A stretch of DNA of 64,000 bases, taken from contig CAWGMA010000003.1 in the NCBI GenBank assembly GCA_963823555.1, forward strand, positions 384,001 through 448,000, read 5' to 3'. Below the pieces are notes generated by a model. It had not been told where the DNA came from. It saw nothing but the letters and a program-made list of their open reading frames with translations, and made no database searches. The position numbers and the translations under genes are program-made. Shown here in pieces: positions 23,169 through 32,362 of the stretch; position 1 is the first letter of the stretch, and each line of letters begins with the position of its first letter. This stretch comes from Candidatus Eiseniibacteriota bacterium. Its GTDB lineage: Bacteria > Eisenbacteria > RBG-16-71-46 > CAVPCR01.

Positions 23169-24583
23169 AACCCAGGGAACTGACGCGGGCGCTCCGCTTC
23201 TCGGTCCTCGACGGCTGCGCCTACTCCTTCATGGCCGGCGGGGCCGAGTCGTATCTGACGGCGTTCGCCGTCCACCTCGGCGTTCCGCCCTATCAGGTCG
23301 GGCTCCTGAGCTCCGTGCCGCAGCTTGTTGGAGCAGCTGCGCAATTATTGACGCCGTTCGGCGTGCGCCTGGTGCGCGGGCTCAAGCGCTGGGTGGTGGG
23401 CCTCGCCACCCTGCAGGCGCTCCTCCTGGCCTCGGTGGCGCTCGTGCCTCTCGTCTCCGGACCCGCATTCCCGCCGCTCCTCGTCCTCCTCACCGGCTAC
23501 TGGACCGTGGTGCTCGCCATCGGCCCGGCGTGGACGCACTGGATGGCGCTCCTCGTGCCCGCCGATCGACGCTCGACCTACTTCGCGCGGCGGAACCTCT
23601 GGGTGAACGTCTGCATGGTGGTCGCGCTCGCCGGCGGGGGCGTGGCCCTCGAGCGCGCCGCCCGCGCCGGTGCGGCCACCGCCGGCTTCGCCGGGCTCGT
23701 GATCTTCGGCGCCGCCATGCGCCTGGTCTCGGTGGTCTTCCTCTCGCTCCAGGCCGGACCGGCGGTCAAGGAACTCAAGCGCGCCGAGACCTTCGTCACC
23801 TTTCTCAAGAATCTGCGCCATAGGAGAGAAGTTCGCCTCCTGCCTTTCCTGTGGGCGATGAACTTCGGGGTCATGATCGCGGCTCCCTACTTCGTTCCCT
23901 ACATGCTCAAGGATCTCGGGCTCTCCTACTGGACCTTCATGGTGATCAACGCCACGGCGTTTCTCTCGAAGTCGCTGGCGATGGGGCTCTGGGGGCGGCT
24001 GGCGCGCCGCCTCGGCCCGCGCCGGGGCTTCGCGCTCGCCGCGCTCCTCATCTCGCCGGCCCCGGCGCTGTGGGCCCTCTCGAGCGAGCTACATCATCTC
24101 CTGGTCTTGCAGGTGTTCTCCGGGTTCGCCTGGGCCGGGTTCGAGCTCTGCCAGCTTCTCCTCTTCTATGAGTTCGTCGACGAGGACCGGCTCTCGGACG
24201 CCTTCAGCTATCACAGCCTGGTCAACGGTTTCGCCATGCTGGCCGGAACCGCGCTCGGGGGAATCTTCATCGCCCATCCGTTCCTGTTCCATAGCGGGTA
24301 TCACGAGGTCTTCGTGCTGTCGACGGCGGTGCGGATCTTCCCGATCATCACCATCTTCCCGACCTTGCGCGGGCTCGCCATCCGCCACGTGCGGCCGCCC
24401 GTGACGCGGGTGATGGGGCTCCGGCCCGGGCTCGGGAGCCTGACCGCGCCGTTCTGGTTCCTGACGACCGCCGGGGGGCGAGCGATCGAGCGGCGGCGGG
24501 CGCGCATCGCAGCCCGGCGGCGGGCCACGGAGGTCGATCCGGGTCGAGCTCCTGGCGAAACGGACGGTGACACAAAAGGTTGA
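23165..24583 (+). CDS. MFS transporter
   Basis: ~12 hydrophobic segments, WGRLARRLG loop. Confidence 0.85.
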   Translation: MKPRELTRALRFSVLDGCAYSFMAGGAESYLTAFAVHLGVPPYQVGLLSSVPQLVGAAAQLLTPFGVRLVRGLKRWVVGLATLQALLLASVALVPLVSGPAFPPLLVLLTGYWTVVLAIGPAWTHWMALLVPADRRSTYFARRNLWVNVCMVVALAGGGVALERAARAGAATAGFAGLVIFGAAMRLVSVVFLSLQAGPAVKELKRAETFVTFLKNLRHRREVRLLPFLWAMNFGVMIAAPYFVPYMLKDLGLSYWTFMVINATAFLSKSLAMGLWGRLARRLGPRRGFALAALLISPAPALWALSSELHHLLVLQVFSGFAWAGFELCQLLLFYEFVDEDRLSDAFSYHSLVNGFAMLAGTALGGIFIAHPFLFHSGYHEVFVLSTAVRIFPIITIFPTLRGLAIRHVRPPVTRVMGLRPGLGSLTAPFWFLTTAGGRAIERRRARIAARRRATEVDPGRAPGETDGDTKG

Positions 24584-24587
24584 GTCG

Positions 24588-24616
24588 TTGACGCAGGCGC
24601 AGCGCGGGCATACGAT
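24588..24616 (+). promoter_or_regulatory. sigma70-type promoter for NusG paralog
   Basis: TTGACG-N17-TACGAT. Confidence 0.55.
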
Positions 24617-24701
24617 TTTCCTGTGTGGGGCCAGCATGGCCCTGGCGGCCGCGCCCGGCGGCGCGGCTGCCAACATCCCCGTGACGGAAGGGGAGTGCCC
24701 C

Positions 24702-25322
24702 ATGGCCGCGGATTCTGGGATCGCACCCAGCGCGGACTCGAACGGGGCCGCCGGGGTCACCGGCGGTGGGGCGTTGCTGCGCCCCGATGACATCCTTCGC
24801 CCCGCCGGCCCCGACGAGCGCTGGACCCTCCTCTACACGCGCTCCCGTTGCGAGAAGATCCTCGGTCGGGCCTGCGCCCGGCTCGGCATTCGCCATTATC
24901 TTCCGCTCCAGCCGCACTCGACCTTCACCGGACGGCGCCGTGTCTACGCGCTGCCGCTCTTTCCGAGCTATCTCTTCGCCTGCCTCGATGAACACGCGCG
25001 TCTCGACGTGCTGCAGACGAACGTCGTCGTGCATGTCTTCCGCGTCGACCGGCCGGATGTGATGCTCGATGAGCTGCGGCAGATCCGTCAGGCGCTCGCG
25101 GCAGGAGCAGAGCTGACGGTGGGTCCGGAGCTCGGGCGCGGCGATCTCGTGCGTGTCGTGCGCGGCCCGCTCGCCGGTCTCGAGGGATACGTGCTCATGC
25201 GGCGGCGGCGGGCCGGGTGCCCGCGCCTCGTGCTCAATGTCTCGATCCTCGGGCAATCGGCCGCGACCGAGATCGATCCGTTCGATGTGATTCGCGTCGC
25301 CGAGGGCGCGCGGGCCGCCTGA
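24702..25322 (+). CDS. specialised NusG paralog (RfaH/UpxY-like antiterminator)
   Basis: WTLLYTRSRCEK, PLFPSYLF NGN motif, KOW motif GDLVRVVRGPLAGLEG. Confidence 0.85.
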   Translation: MAADSGIAPSADSNGAAGVTGGGALLRPDDILRPAGPDERWTLLYTRSRCEKILGRACARLGIRHYLPLQPHSTFTGRRRVYALPLFPSYLFACLDEHARLDVLQTNVVVHVFRVDRPDVMLDELRQIRQALAAGAELTVGPELGRGDLVRVVRGPLAGLEGYVLMRRRRAGCPRLVLNVSILGQSAATEIDPFDVIRVAEGARAA

Positions 25323-26850
25323 GGAAGTGGAAATCGCCTGATGGAGAAGCCGCGGGCGTGAAGCGCCGCCCGCCCCGACCGTGAGTCCGTCCGGTCCTCC
25401 ATCCGGCCCGGTCCCCGGTAGCGGGCAGGTTCGGCCTGCCGGTGAAGGGGACGGAGTCCGCCCGGGGAGCGAGCGCTGGTCGATCGGTGGAGGCGGGCGC
25501 CGCGAGGGCCACCTCGGCGGATGGACGCAGGCGAACGACGCCGGCCGAGGTTTCGCCGAGACGAACGCGCACCGGGTCCGCGAGGGGATCGATGAACACG
25601 CGCCACAACCAGGCGCCGCGACGGCTCGGGTGGTTCAGGCGACGCTCGGCTTCGGCGACGGGGATCCCGAGGAGGCTGAGGTAGGGGCCGAGCGCCTCGC
25701 GATCCGGGATCTCGAGGATCTCCTCGACCGTGATCATGAGTTCCGCGGTGAGCGGTGGCGCGCCCTGGGGAGCGGTTGCGGTGGGCATGAGCAGGAAGTG
25801 ACGGGCGACGGGCATCGGTCGGGGAGCCGTGGCGATGAGGCCGCCCTTCCTGAGGAGCAGCCCCTCGCCGCGCGCACGGAGGGCCGCAATCGCCTCGGGA
25901 ATCTCGCGTAAGGCGTAGGTGACAAGGAGTCTCGGGCCGACGGGCTGGCCGGAAGGAGCGAGCGTGGGCGGGCTCGATGCGGGAGGCAGCATCGTGAGCG
26001 GGCTCGTCGCGAGCTCCGCTTGCGGCTTCGCGAGGTGCGTGTAGCGCGTGGTGGTGTTGACGCTCGTGTGACCGAGCAGCGCCTGGATGACACGGAGATT
26101 GGTGCCGGCCTCGAGGAGGTGGGTGGCGAAGCTGTGACGGAGGGTGTGTGGCGTGGCCCGGCCTTCGAGCCTGGCCTTGACGACCGCCGTCGTGAACGCG
26201 CGCTGCGCCGCCCGCTCGGTCAGGTGGCCGCGACGATGCGGGCGATCCGCGCGTCGCGCTCCCAGGAACAGCCACTCGGAGCCCGGGCGCCCGGCGGAGA
26301 TCCTGTCGAGGAGGGGAAAGAGGCAGGCCGGGAGCAGCGAGAAGCGATCCTTCCTGCCCTTCCCCTGGCGGACTCGGATCTGGCCGCGATCGGTGCTGAG
26401 ATCCGCGATGCGAAGACGAACCGCCTCACCGATCCGAAGTCCCGAAGCGTACATGATGCCGAAGAAGAGGCGGTAACGTGGATCCTCGAATGCGGCGAGC
26501 AGTCGGAGCACTTCATCCCTGGAGAGCACGTGCGGGGCGACACGCTTCTCGCGCATCGGAGGCAGGCTCCCTCCCAGTTCGCGGTTGAGCACCGAGCGAT
26601 AGGCGAAGCGAACCGCGTTCCGGGCGAGCCGCATCTTGCTGGAGCCGTCCTCGCTGGTGTTGGCCACGGCCAGCAGGTAGTCGCGGATGTCGTCCTCCGT
26701 CACATCCTCGGGCGCCTTGCCAAGCGAGCCGAGAAAACGGCGCAGTGAGCCGAGATAGGTCTTGATGGTCTTCCTGCTGAAGCGACGGAGGAGCATCTCG
26801 TCGCGGACCGCATCGAGGAAGGGTTGGAGTTCGGTCCTGGGCGCTCGCAC
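25234..26850 (-). CDS. integron-like tyrosine recombinase with C-terminal extension
   Basis: N-terminal SAM-like FSRKTIKTY; catalytic GLRIGE, GKGRKDR, HTLRHSFATHLLE, LLGH, TRYTH; divergent from the cassette array. Confidence 0.9.
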   Translation of the reverse strand: MRAPRTELQPFLDAVRDEMLLRRFSRKTIKTYLGSLRRFLGSLGKAPEDVTEDDIRDYLLAVANTSEDGSSKMRLARNAVRFAYRSVLNRELGGSLPPMREKRVAPHVLSRDEVLRLLAAFEDPRYRLFFGIMYASGLRIGEAVRLRIADLSTDRGQIRVRQGKGRKDRFSLLPACLFPLLDRISAGRPGSEWLFLGARRADRPHRRGHLTERAAQRAFTTAVVKARLEGRATPHTLRHSFATHLLEAGTNLRVIQALLGHTSVNTTTRYTHLAKPQAELATSPLTMLPPASSPPTLAPSGQPVGPRLLVTYALREIPEAIAALRARGEGLLLRKGGLIATAPRPMPVARHFLLMPTATAPQGAPPLTAELMITVEEILEIPDREALGPYLSLLGIPVAEAERRLNHPSRRGAWLWRVFIDPLADPVRVRLGETSAGVVRLRPSAEVALAAPASTDRPALAPRADSVPFTGRPNLPATGDRAGWRTGRTHGRGGRRFTPAASPSGDFHFLRRPARPRRRESHRTDRSRSRPIARGSRH

Positions 26851-27010
26851 GTTGGAGGCGGCGGAGCAAGCGGCGTGCCGGAAGGTGGCCCTTCCCTCCA
26901 GGCGGGGGCTGGCTTGCGAGTGGCGGGGATGGGAGTATCCTTGATAGGGGCGATTGGTTCACGGCCGGTCTCCCAGGCAACGCTGTTGCCGGTTCTGCAA
27001 CCTCCGTTCG

Positions 27011-27024
27011 CGAACCATGGTTCG
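27011..27024. promoter_or_regulatory. candidate LexA (SOS) box upstream of integrase
   Basis: perfect palindrome CGAAC-CATG-GTTCG matching GAAC-N4-GTTC. Confidence 0.55.
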
Positions 27025-27163
27025 TAGAGCCCGTTTCGGCAGCCCCTGGCAAAAGCGAACCGGCCGAAGCTTAGTGATTGGTTCGGAAGCGGTTGAGAGG
27101 AGTGGGCCGGACCTGCAGCAGTGCCCCAACAGTCGGCCTGAATGCCCTTCCTCAACCGACCTT

Positions 27164-27182
27164 CGCCAATGGGCAGTTAAGC
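27164..27182 (+). other. candidate attI site
   Basis: CGCCAAT-GGGCA-GTTAAGC; the first cassette starts at G27176 with no attC in front, unlike its other four copies. Confidence 0.75.
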
Positions 27183-27515
27183 GCAGCTACGGGTCTTCGT
27201 TGAGCGCCGTGCCATTGGGGCTTGGGAGAGGTTCCGGGCGCAGCGACGGGAGCTTCGTTGTGGCAAGAGAAGGGTCCATGAGTCCCGTTGCGAGGCTTGA
27301 TCGGGAGCGCTGCGAACGATCGCTCGCCGTCTGAAGCTCGTGCCGCCCGGGCTTGAGGCACGCGTTTTGGGCGGAGAGTGCGCTGGTGTAGCCAGCTCCC
27401 GCCGCTCGTGCTTCGGCGAGGAAGAAGTGGGGAGAGGTGTAACGGTAGGGGCGGAGTTCAGGAGAGCCGAGATTTCTGGGAGTTGTCGGGAGAGGGCGTC
27501 GTCGCTGCGCCTAAC
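27176..27515 (+). repeat. gene-less cassette copy 1
   Basis: 340 bp unit, near-identical to 28994, 29487 and 31841. Confidence 0.9.
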
Positions 27516-27666
27516 GCGCGGCTAGGCGGCTCCGCTCGCTGCGCTCGCTTCGCGCAACCCGGCGCTTTCCGTCACGGCGCTTGCCGTGACGGGCGCGCTG
27601 GAGTCGACCTTGCTGCGGCAAGCGCCGCGCCGGGCGCCGGGTTCGCCAGCCGCGGTATCGTTAAGC
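27509..27666 (+). repeat. attC-like site 1
   Basis: GCCTAAC...GGTATC-GTTAAGC, imperfect palindrome. Confidence 0.85.
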
Positions 27667-27912
27667 GCAGCTACGGGAGTCCCGTTGCGAGGCTTGATCG
27701 GGAGCGCTGCGAACGACCGCTCGCCGTCTGAAGCTCGTGCCGCCCGGGCTTGAGGCACGCGTTTTGGGCGGAGAGTGCGCTGGTGTAGCCAGCTCCCGCC
27801 GCTCGTGCTTCGGCGAGGAAGAAGTGGGGAGAGGTGTAACGGTAGGGGCGGAGTTCAGGAGAGCCGAGATTTCTGGGAGTTGTCGGGAGAGGGCGTCGTC
27901 GCTGCGCCTAAC
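27660..27912 (+). repeat. gene-less cassette copy 2 (87 bp internal deletion)
   Basis: 253 bp; CTACGG joined directly to GAGTCCCG. Confidence 0.88.
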
Positions 27913-28070
27913 GCGCGGCTAGGCGGCTCCGCTCACTCGCTGCGCTCGCATCGCTTCGCCCAACCCGGTCGTCCGTCACGGCGCTTGCGGCCGGGGCGGG
28001 GTTGAGGTTCACCTTGCTGCGGCAAGCGCCGCGCCGGGCGCCGGGTTCGCCAGCCGCGGTATCGTTTTGC
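27906..28070 (+). repeat. attC-like site 2
   Basis: GCCTAAC...GTTTTGC. Confidence 0.85.
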
Positions 28071-28154
28071 GGCAAGCGAGAGCAGACCATTCGCGAACAC
28101 TAAGAAGCACTACCAGCCAGCAGCGCAGCCTGCTGGGACCAGGGAGCACAGTCT

Positions 28155-28819
28155 GTGAGTAACTTGCCCGCACGTCGCGTGGCATCCTTGCCAGCCGCGA
28201 TCCTGCTCGTTGCGGTTGCCGGCTCTGCCCCAGCGCAGGACATTGTCATTGAGGCCGAGTTCTACCCGACCTGGGCCTGCTTCCCGACCAATGGCGCAGA
28301 GTCTCACCGTCCGATTCTCTGGCATCCTCGCTTACATCCACCGACCCCTTGCCGAAGTGCTCGCAGCATTCCCTGATGAGTGGGAGCGGGAAACCACGCA
28401 TCCGTGTTGGTCTGGATGTTCGACCGCCCGGTTTGCGGCTTCGCTTCGCCAACAGCACCTCCATATATCCCCCTTACATTCCAGGATACGTCGAGCGTCT
28501 GACGTTCGAGCCGCAACCTCCGGTCACAGTCGATTCCGTTCATGTGAATTGGTACCCCTTGCCAGGACAGGAGTCCCCTCCTTTCACGTTCTTTCCACCT
28601 TCATGCATGTTCGTCCTCGACGCTGATTCACAAGTCCTAGTCAATGCCGACGCCGTCATCAACTTGGTCGGAGTATACGCCTCTCTTGGCGGATACCATT
28701 GCTGTTTGGGGCTCGGAGGTGGGAATCTCCTGACGTTGCTCTCCATGACGAAGGCGTCACCATGCCTAATCGCAGTCGAGGAAGCCACGTGGGGGGCAAT
28801 CAAGGCCACATGGAAATGA
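28155..28819 (+). pseudogene. secreted protein with TWGxIK tail, frameshifted (cassette 3)
   Basis: Signal peptide in ORF 28155-28376; tail VEEATWGAIKATWK in overlapping ORF ending 28819. Confidence 0.6.
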
Positions 28820-28840
28820 TGATGTTGCCATTCGCTTGCC

Positions 28841-29000
28841 GCATAACACGCGGCCTGGCGGCTCCGCTCGCTGCGCTCGCTCCGCTGCAACCCGGCGCCT
28901 TCCGTCACGGCGCTTGCCGTGACGGGCAGCGCTGGAGGTTCCTCTTGCTGCGGCAAGCGCCGTGCCGGCGCCGGGTTCGCCAGCCGCGGTATCGTTAAGC
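28841..29000 (+). repeat. attC-like site 3
   Basis: GCATAAC...GTTAAGC. Confidence 0.85.
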
Positions 29001-29333
29001 GCAGCTACGGGTCTTCGTTGAGCGCCGTGCCATTGGGGCTTGGGAGAGGTTCCGGGCGCAGCGACGGGAGCTTCGTTGTGGCAAGAGAAGGGTCCATGAG
29101 TCCCGTTGCGAGGCTTGATCGGGAGCGCTGCGAACGATCGCTCGCCGTCTGAAGCTCGTGCCGCCCGGGCTTGAGGCACGCGTTTTGGGCGGAGAGTGCG
29201 CTGGTGTAGCCAGCTCCCGCCGCTCGTGCTTCGGCGAGGAAGAAGTGGGGAGAGGTGTAACGGTAGGGGCGGAGTACAGGAGAGCCGAGATTTCTGGGAG
29301 TTGTCGGGAGAGGGCGTCGTCGCTGCGCCTAAC
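28994..29333 (+). repeat. gene-less cassette copy 3
   Basis: 340 bp repeat unit. Confidence 0.9.
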
Positions 29334-29493
29334 GCGCGGCTAGGCGGCTCCGCTCACTCGCTGCGCTCGCATCGCTTCGCCCAACCCGGTCGTCCGTCAC
29401 GGCGCTTGCGGCCGGAGGCGGGGTTGAGGTTCGACCTTTCTGCGGCAAGCGCCGCGCCGGGCGCCGGGTTCGCCAGCCGCGGTATCGTTAAGC
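29327..29493 (+). repeat. attC-like site 4
   Basis: GCCTAAC...GTTAAGC. Confidence 0.85.
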
Positions 29494-29826
29494 GCAGCTA
29501 CGGGTCTTCGTTGAGCGCCGTGCCATTGGGGCTTGGGAGAGGTTCCGGGCGCAGCGACGGGAGCTTCGTTGTGGCAAGAGAAGGGTCCATGAGTCCCGTT
29601 GCGAGGCTTGATCGGGAGCGCTGCGAACGACCGCTCGCCGTCTGAAGCTCGTGCCGCCCGGGCTTGAGGCACGCGTTTTGGGCGGAGAGTGCGCTGGTGT
29701 AGCCAGCTCCCGCCGCTCGTGCTTCGGCGAGGAAGAAGTGGGGAGAGGTGTAACGGTAGGGGCGGAGTTCAGGAGAGCCGAGATTTCTGGGAGTTGTCGG
29801 GAGAGGGCGTCGTCGCTGCGCCTAAC
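29487..29826 (+). repeat. gene-less cassette copy 4
   Basis: 340 bp repeat unit. Confidence 0.9.
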
Positions 29827-29986
29827 GCGCGGCTAGGCGGCTCCGCTCACTCGCTGCGCTCGCATCGCTTCGCCCAACCCGGTCGTCCGTCACGGCGCTT
29901 GCGGCCGGAGGCGGGGTTGAGGTTCGACCTTTCTGCGGCAAGCGCCGCGCCGGGCGCCGGGTTCGCCAGCCGCGGTATCGTTATGT
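29820..29986 (+). repeat. attC-like site 5
   Basis: GCCTAAC...GTTATGT. Confidence 0.85.
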
Positions 29987-30024
29987 GCCCTGCACACCTG
30001 ACCATTGGGAGAAAGGGACTCGAC

Positions 30025-30732
30025 ATGAGGCCTCGCGCTAGCGCGCTCATCATCTCTATTCCTCTGCTTGTCTCGTTGGCGCTCTTCGTTCCCTCCTGCG
30101 GGGACGATGATGGCCCCGCGGCTCCCGATCTCGCCAGCGCTTACCTCATTCAAGCAACCCTCGTGCTCAGCACGGAAACTGCCACCGTCGCCGTCTCCCG
30201 CCTCGATGCCAGCGACCCTTCGGCTGCCACTGCTGTAGTCCTGCTCGATGGTCACGGCATGCAGCACTCGGCAAACAACACACCAGACCAGGCAACCTTC
30301 CTGTCGCAGGTTCCCACGAATCCCGGCCACGCCTACGCCTTTTCCGTCACCGTCGACGGCGTCAGCGCCTCAGGCACCCTCGCTACTCCTGATCAGCCAT
30401 GCACGGTTGCCATCACGCAACCGCCGCCTGGGAATCTGACGTTCTCGTCGGGCACCGATCTCGCTCTTCAATGGGAATACGTCGGCTCCGAACCAGGGGA
30501 GTTTGGCGTCTTTGGATCGAGTGTCGCCTTTCCCCCTCGCGTCTTCTCAGATACTCTACAGGCGAGTGCACGGTCGGCCGTTGTCGAGACATCGCAGTGG
30601 TCGCTCGCATCCCAGGTGTTCCTGCGAGTCACGGCCCGGACACGAGCGGAGATCTCCGGAGACCTTGCTGCCCCAACAAGCTCATCATTTGTTGACTTCG
30701 CTACATCGGAGGTCATTCTCACCCGTAGGTAG
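30025..30732 (+). CDS. putative lipoprotein (cassette 6)
   Basis: Hydrophobic leader ending VPSC-GDDD; fills the cassette. Confidence 0.75.
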   Translation: MRPRASALIISIPLLVSLALFVPSCGDDDGPAAPDLASAYLIQATLVLSTETATVAVSRLDASDPSAATAVVLLDGHGMQHSANNTPDQATFLSQVPTNPGHAYAFSVTVDGVSASGTLATPDQPCTVAITQPPPGNLTFSSGTDLALQWEYVGSEPGEFGVFGSSVAFPPRVFSDTLQASARSAVVETSQWSLASQVFLRVTARTRAEISGDLAAPTSSSFVDFATSEVILTRR

Positions 30733-30754
30733 CAGGTCCCCGCGAGTGCAGGGC

Positions 30755-30915
30755 ACATAACACGCGGCCTGGCGGCTCCGCTCGCTGCGCTCGCGTCGCC
30801 CAACCCGGCGCTTTCCGTCACGGCGCTTGCCGTGACGGGGCCGCGCTGGAGGTCCACTTTGCTGCGGCAAGCGCCGTGCCGGGCGCCGGGTTCGCCAGCC
30901 GCGGTATCGTTTTGC
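30755..30915 (+). repeat. attC-like site 6
   Basis: ACATAAC...GTTTTGC. Confidence 0.85.
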
Positions 30916-30984
30916 GACGGGCGCGTACGGACCTCCATCTTAGCGCATGCGGCTAACACTCCTGTCGCAAGGAGGTGAGATACC

Positions 30985-31659
30985 TTGATCTTTGGCAGTA
31001 ATCTTGGTCTTGCCGGCGTGGCGTTGCTGGCGCTTAGCCTCACCATGCGAGTTGCCGAGGCAGTTGACAACGAGCCACCCACCTGCGATCACGGCGGACC
31101 CTACGAGTGCATTCCCCAGCACGCTGTGGAGTTTGATGGCCGTGGATCCTACGACCCCGACGGTGTCATCGTGAGCTACGTCTGGTCGTTTGGTGATGGG
31201 CACACCGCCACCGGCGCGCTGGTCACGCACAGATACGAGGTCGTCGGCTCCTTCACCGTCGCGCTTCTCGTCACGGATAATGATGACAACTTCAGCGTCT
31301 GCGAGACCATTGCCCGCATCGTCGAACCGTGCCCTGGCAATTGCCCCCCGATCTGCGACGCTGGTGGCCCTTACCACGGCATAGCTGGTGTCCCGATTCA
31401 ATTCGATGGGTCGGGCTCGCTCCCCGTCATCGCTTGCATCCCGCTGGTCCAATTCGCATGGACATTTGGAGACGGGGCGACCGCCGTCGGCCCGCAACCG
31501 CTGCGCACTTACACGACGCCCGGCGACTTCAATATCACGCTCACGATCGTGGACTCTGACGGAGCCACCTCATCCTGTTCCTCCGTCGCAGTGGTTGCGG
31601 AACCCTCTGGAGTCGACCCCACCACATGGGGACGCATCAAGAACACAGTCCTGGAATGA
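30985..31659 (+). CDS. secreted tandem PKD domain protein with TWGxIK tail (cassette 7)
   Basis: FDGRGSYDPDG, WSFGDG and WTFGDG motifs; AAGGAGG RBS; VDPTTWGRIK. Confidence 0.85.
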   Translation: MIFGSNLGLAGVALLALSLTMRVAEAVDNEPPTCDHGGPYECIPQHAVEFDGRGSYDPDGVIVSYVWSFGDGHTATGALVTHRYEVVGSFTVALLVTDNDDNFSVCETIARIVEPCPGNCPPICDAGGPYHGIAGVPIQFDGSGSLPVIACIPLVQFAWTFGDGATAVGPQPLRTYTTPGDFNITLTIVDSDGATSSCSSVAVVAEPSGVDPTTWGRIKNTVLE

Positions 31660-31689
31660 CCTTCACGGCAGGACTCTCCCGTGTCCGTC

Positions 31690-31847
31690 GCAAAACACGC
31701 GGCCGGCGGCTCCGCTCGCTGCGCTCGCTTCGCCTAACCCGGCGCTTTCCGTCACGGCGCTTGCAGTGACGGGCCGCGCTGGAGTCCATCTTGCTGCGGC
31801 AAGCGCCGTGCCCGGCGCCGGGTTCGCCAGCCGCGGTATCGTTAAGC
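31690..31847 (+). repeat. attC-like site 7
   Basis: GCAAAAC...GTTAAGC. Confidence 0.85.
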
Positions 31848-32180
31848 GCAGCTACGGGTCTTCGTTGAGCGCCGTGCCATTGGGGCTTGGGAGAGGTTCC
31901 GGGCGCAGCGACGGGAGCTTCGTTGTGGCAAGAGAAGGGTCCATGAGTCCCGTTGCGAGGCTTGATCGGGAGCGCTGCGAACGACCGCTCGCCGTCTGAA
32001 GCTCGTGCCGCCCGGGCTTGAGGCACGCGTTTTGGGCGGAGAGTGCGCTGGTGTAGCCAGCTCCCGCCGCTCGTGCTTCGGCGAGGAAGAAGTGGGGAGA
32101 GGTGTAACGGTAGGGGCGGAGTTCAGGAGAGCCGAGATTTCTGGGAGTTGTCGGGAGAGGGCGTCGTCGCTGCGCCTAAC
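31841..32180 (+). repeat. gene-less cassette copy 5
   Basis: 340 bp repeat unit. Confidence 0.9.
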
Positions 32181-32341
32181 GCGCGGCTAGGCGGCTCCGC
32201 TCACTCGCTGCGCTCGCATCGCTTCGCCCAACCCGGCGCTTCCGTCACGGCGCTTGCGGCCGGGGGCGATGTTGAGGTTCGACCTTTCTGCGGCAAGCGC
32301 CGCGCCGGGCGCCGGGTTCGCCAGCCGCGGTATCGTTTGGC
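32174..32341 (+). repeat. attC-like site 8
   Basis: GCCTAAC...GTTTGGC. Confidence 0.85.
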
Positions 32342-32362
32342 GCCACGCTACATCTAGCTCAT

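Noticed and set aside
25234..26850. Housekeeping XerC/XerD or prophage integrase
   Set aside because: Integron-type N-terminal domain and GKGxKDR motif, position at the head of a cassette array, and no phage genes nearby.
27340..32357. Repeated ORFs MPPGLEARVL.., MRWCSQLPP.., MPQARAARAS..
   Set aside because: They are translations of the repeated gene-less cassette and attC, lack an RBS, and several run through attC into unrelated sequence.
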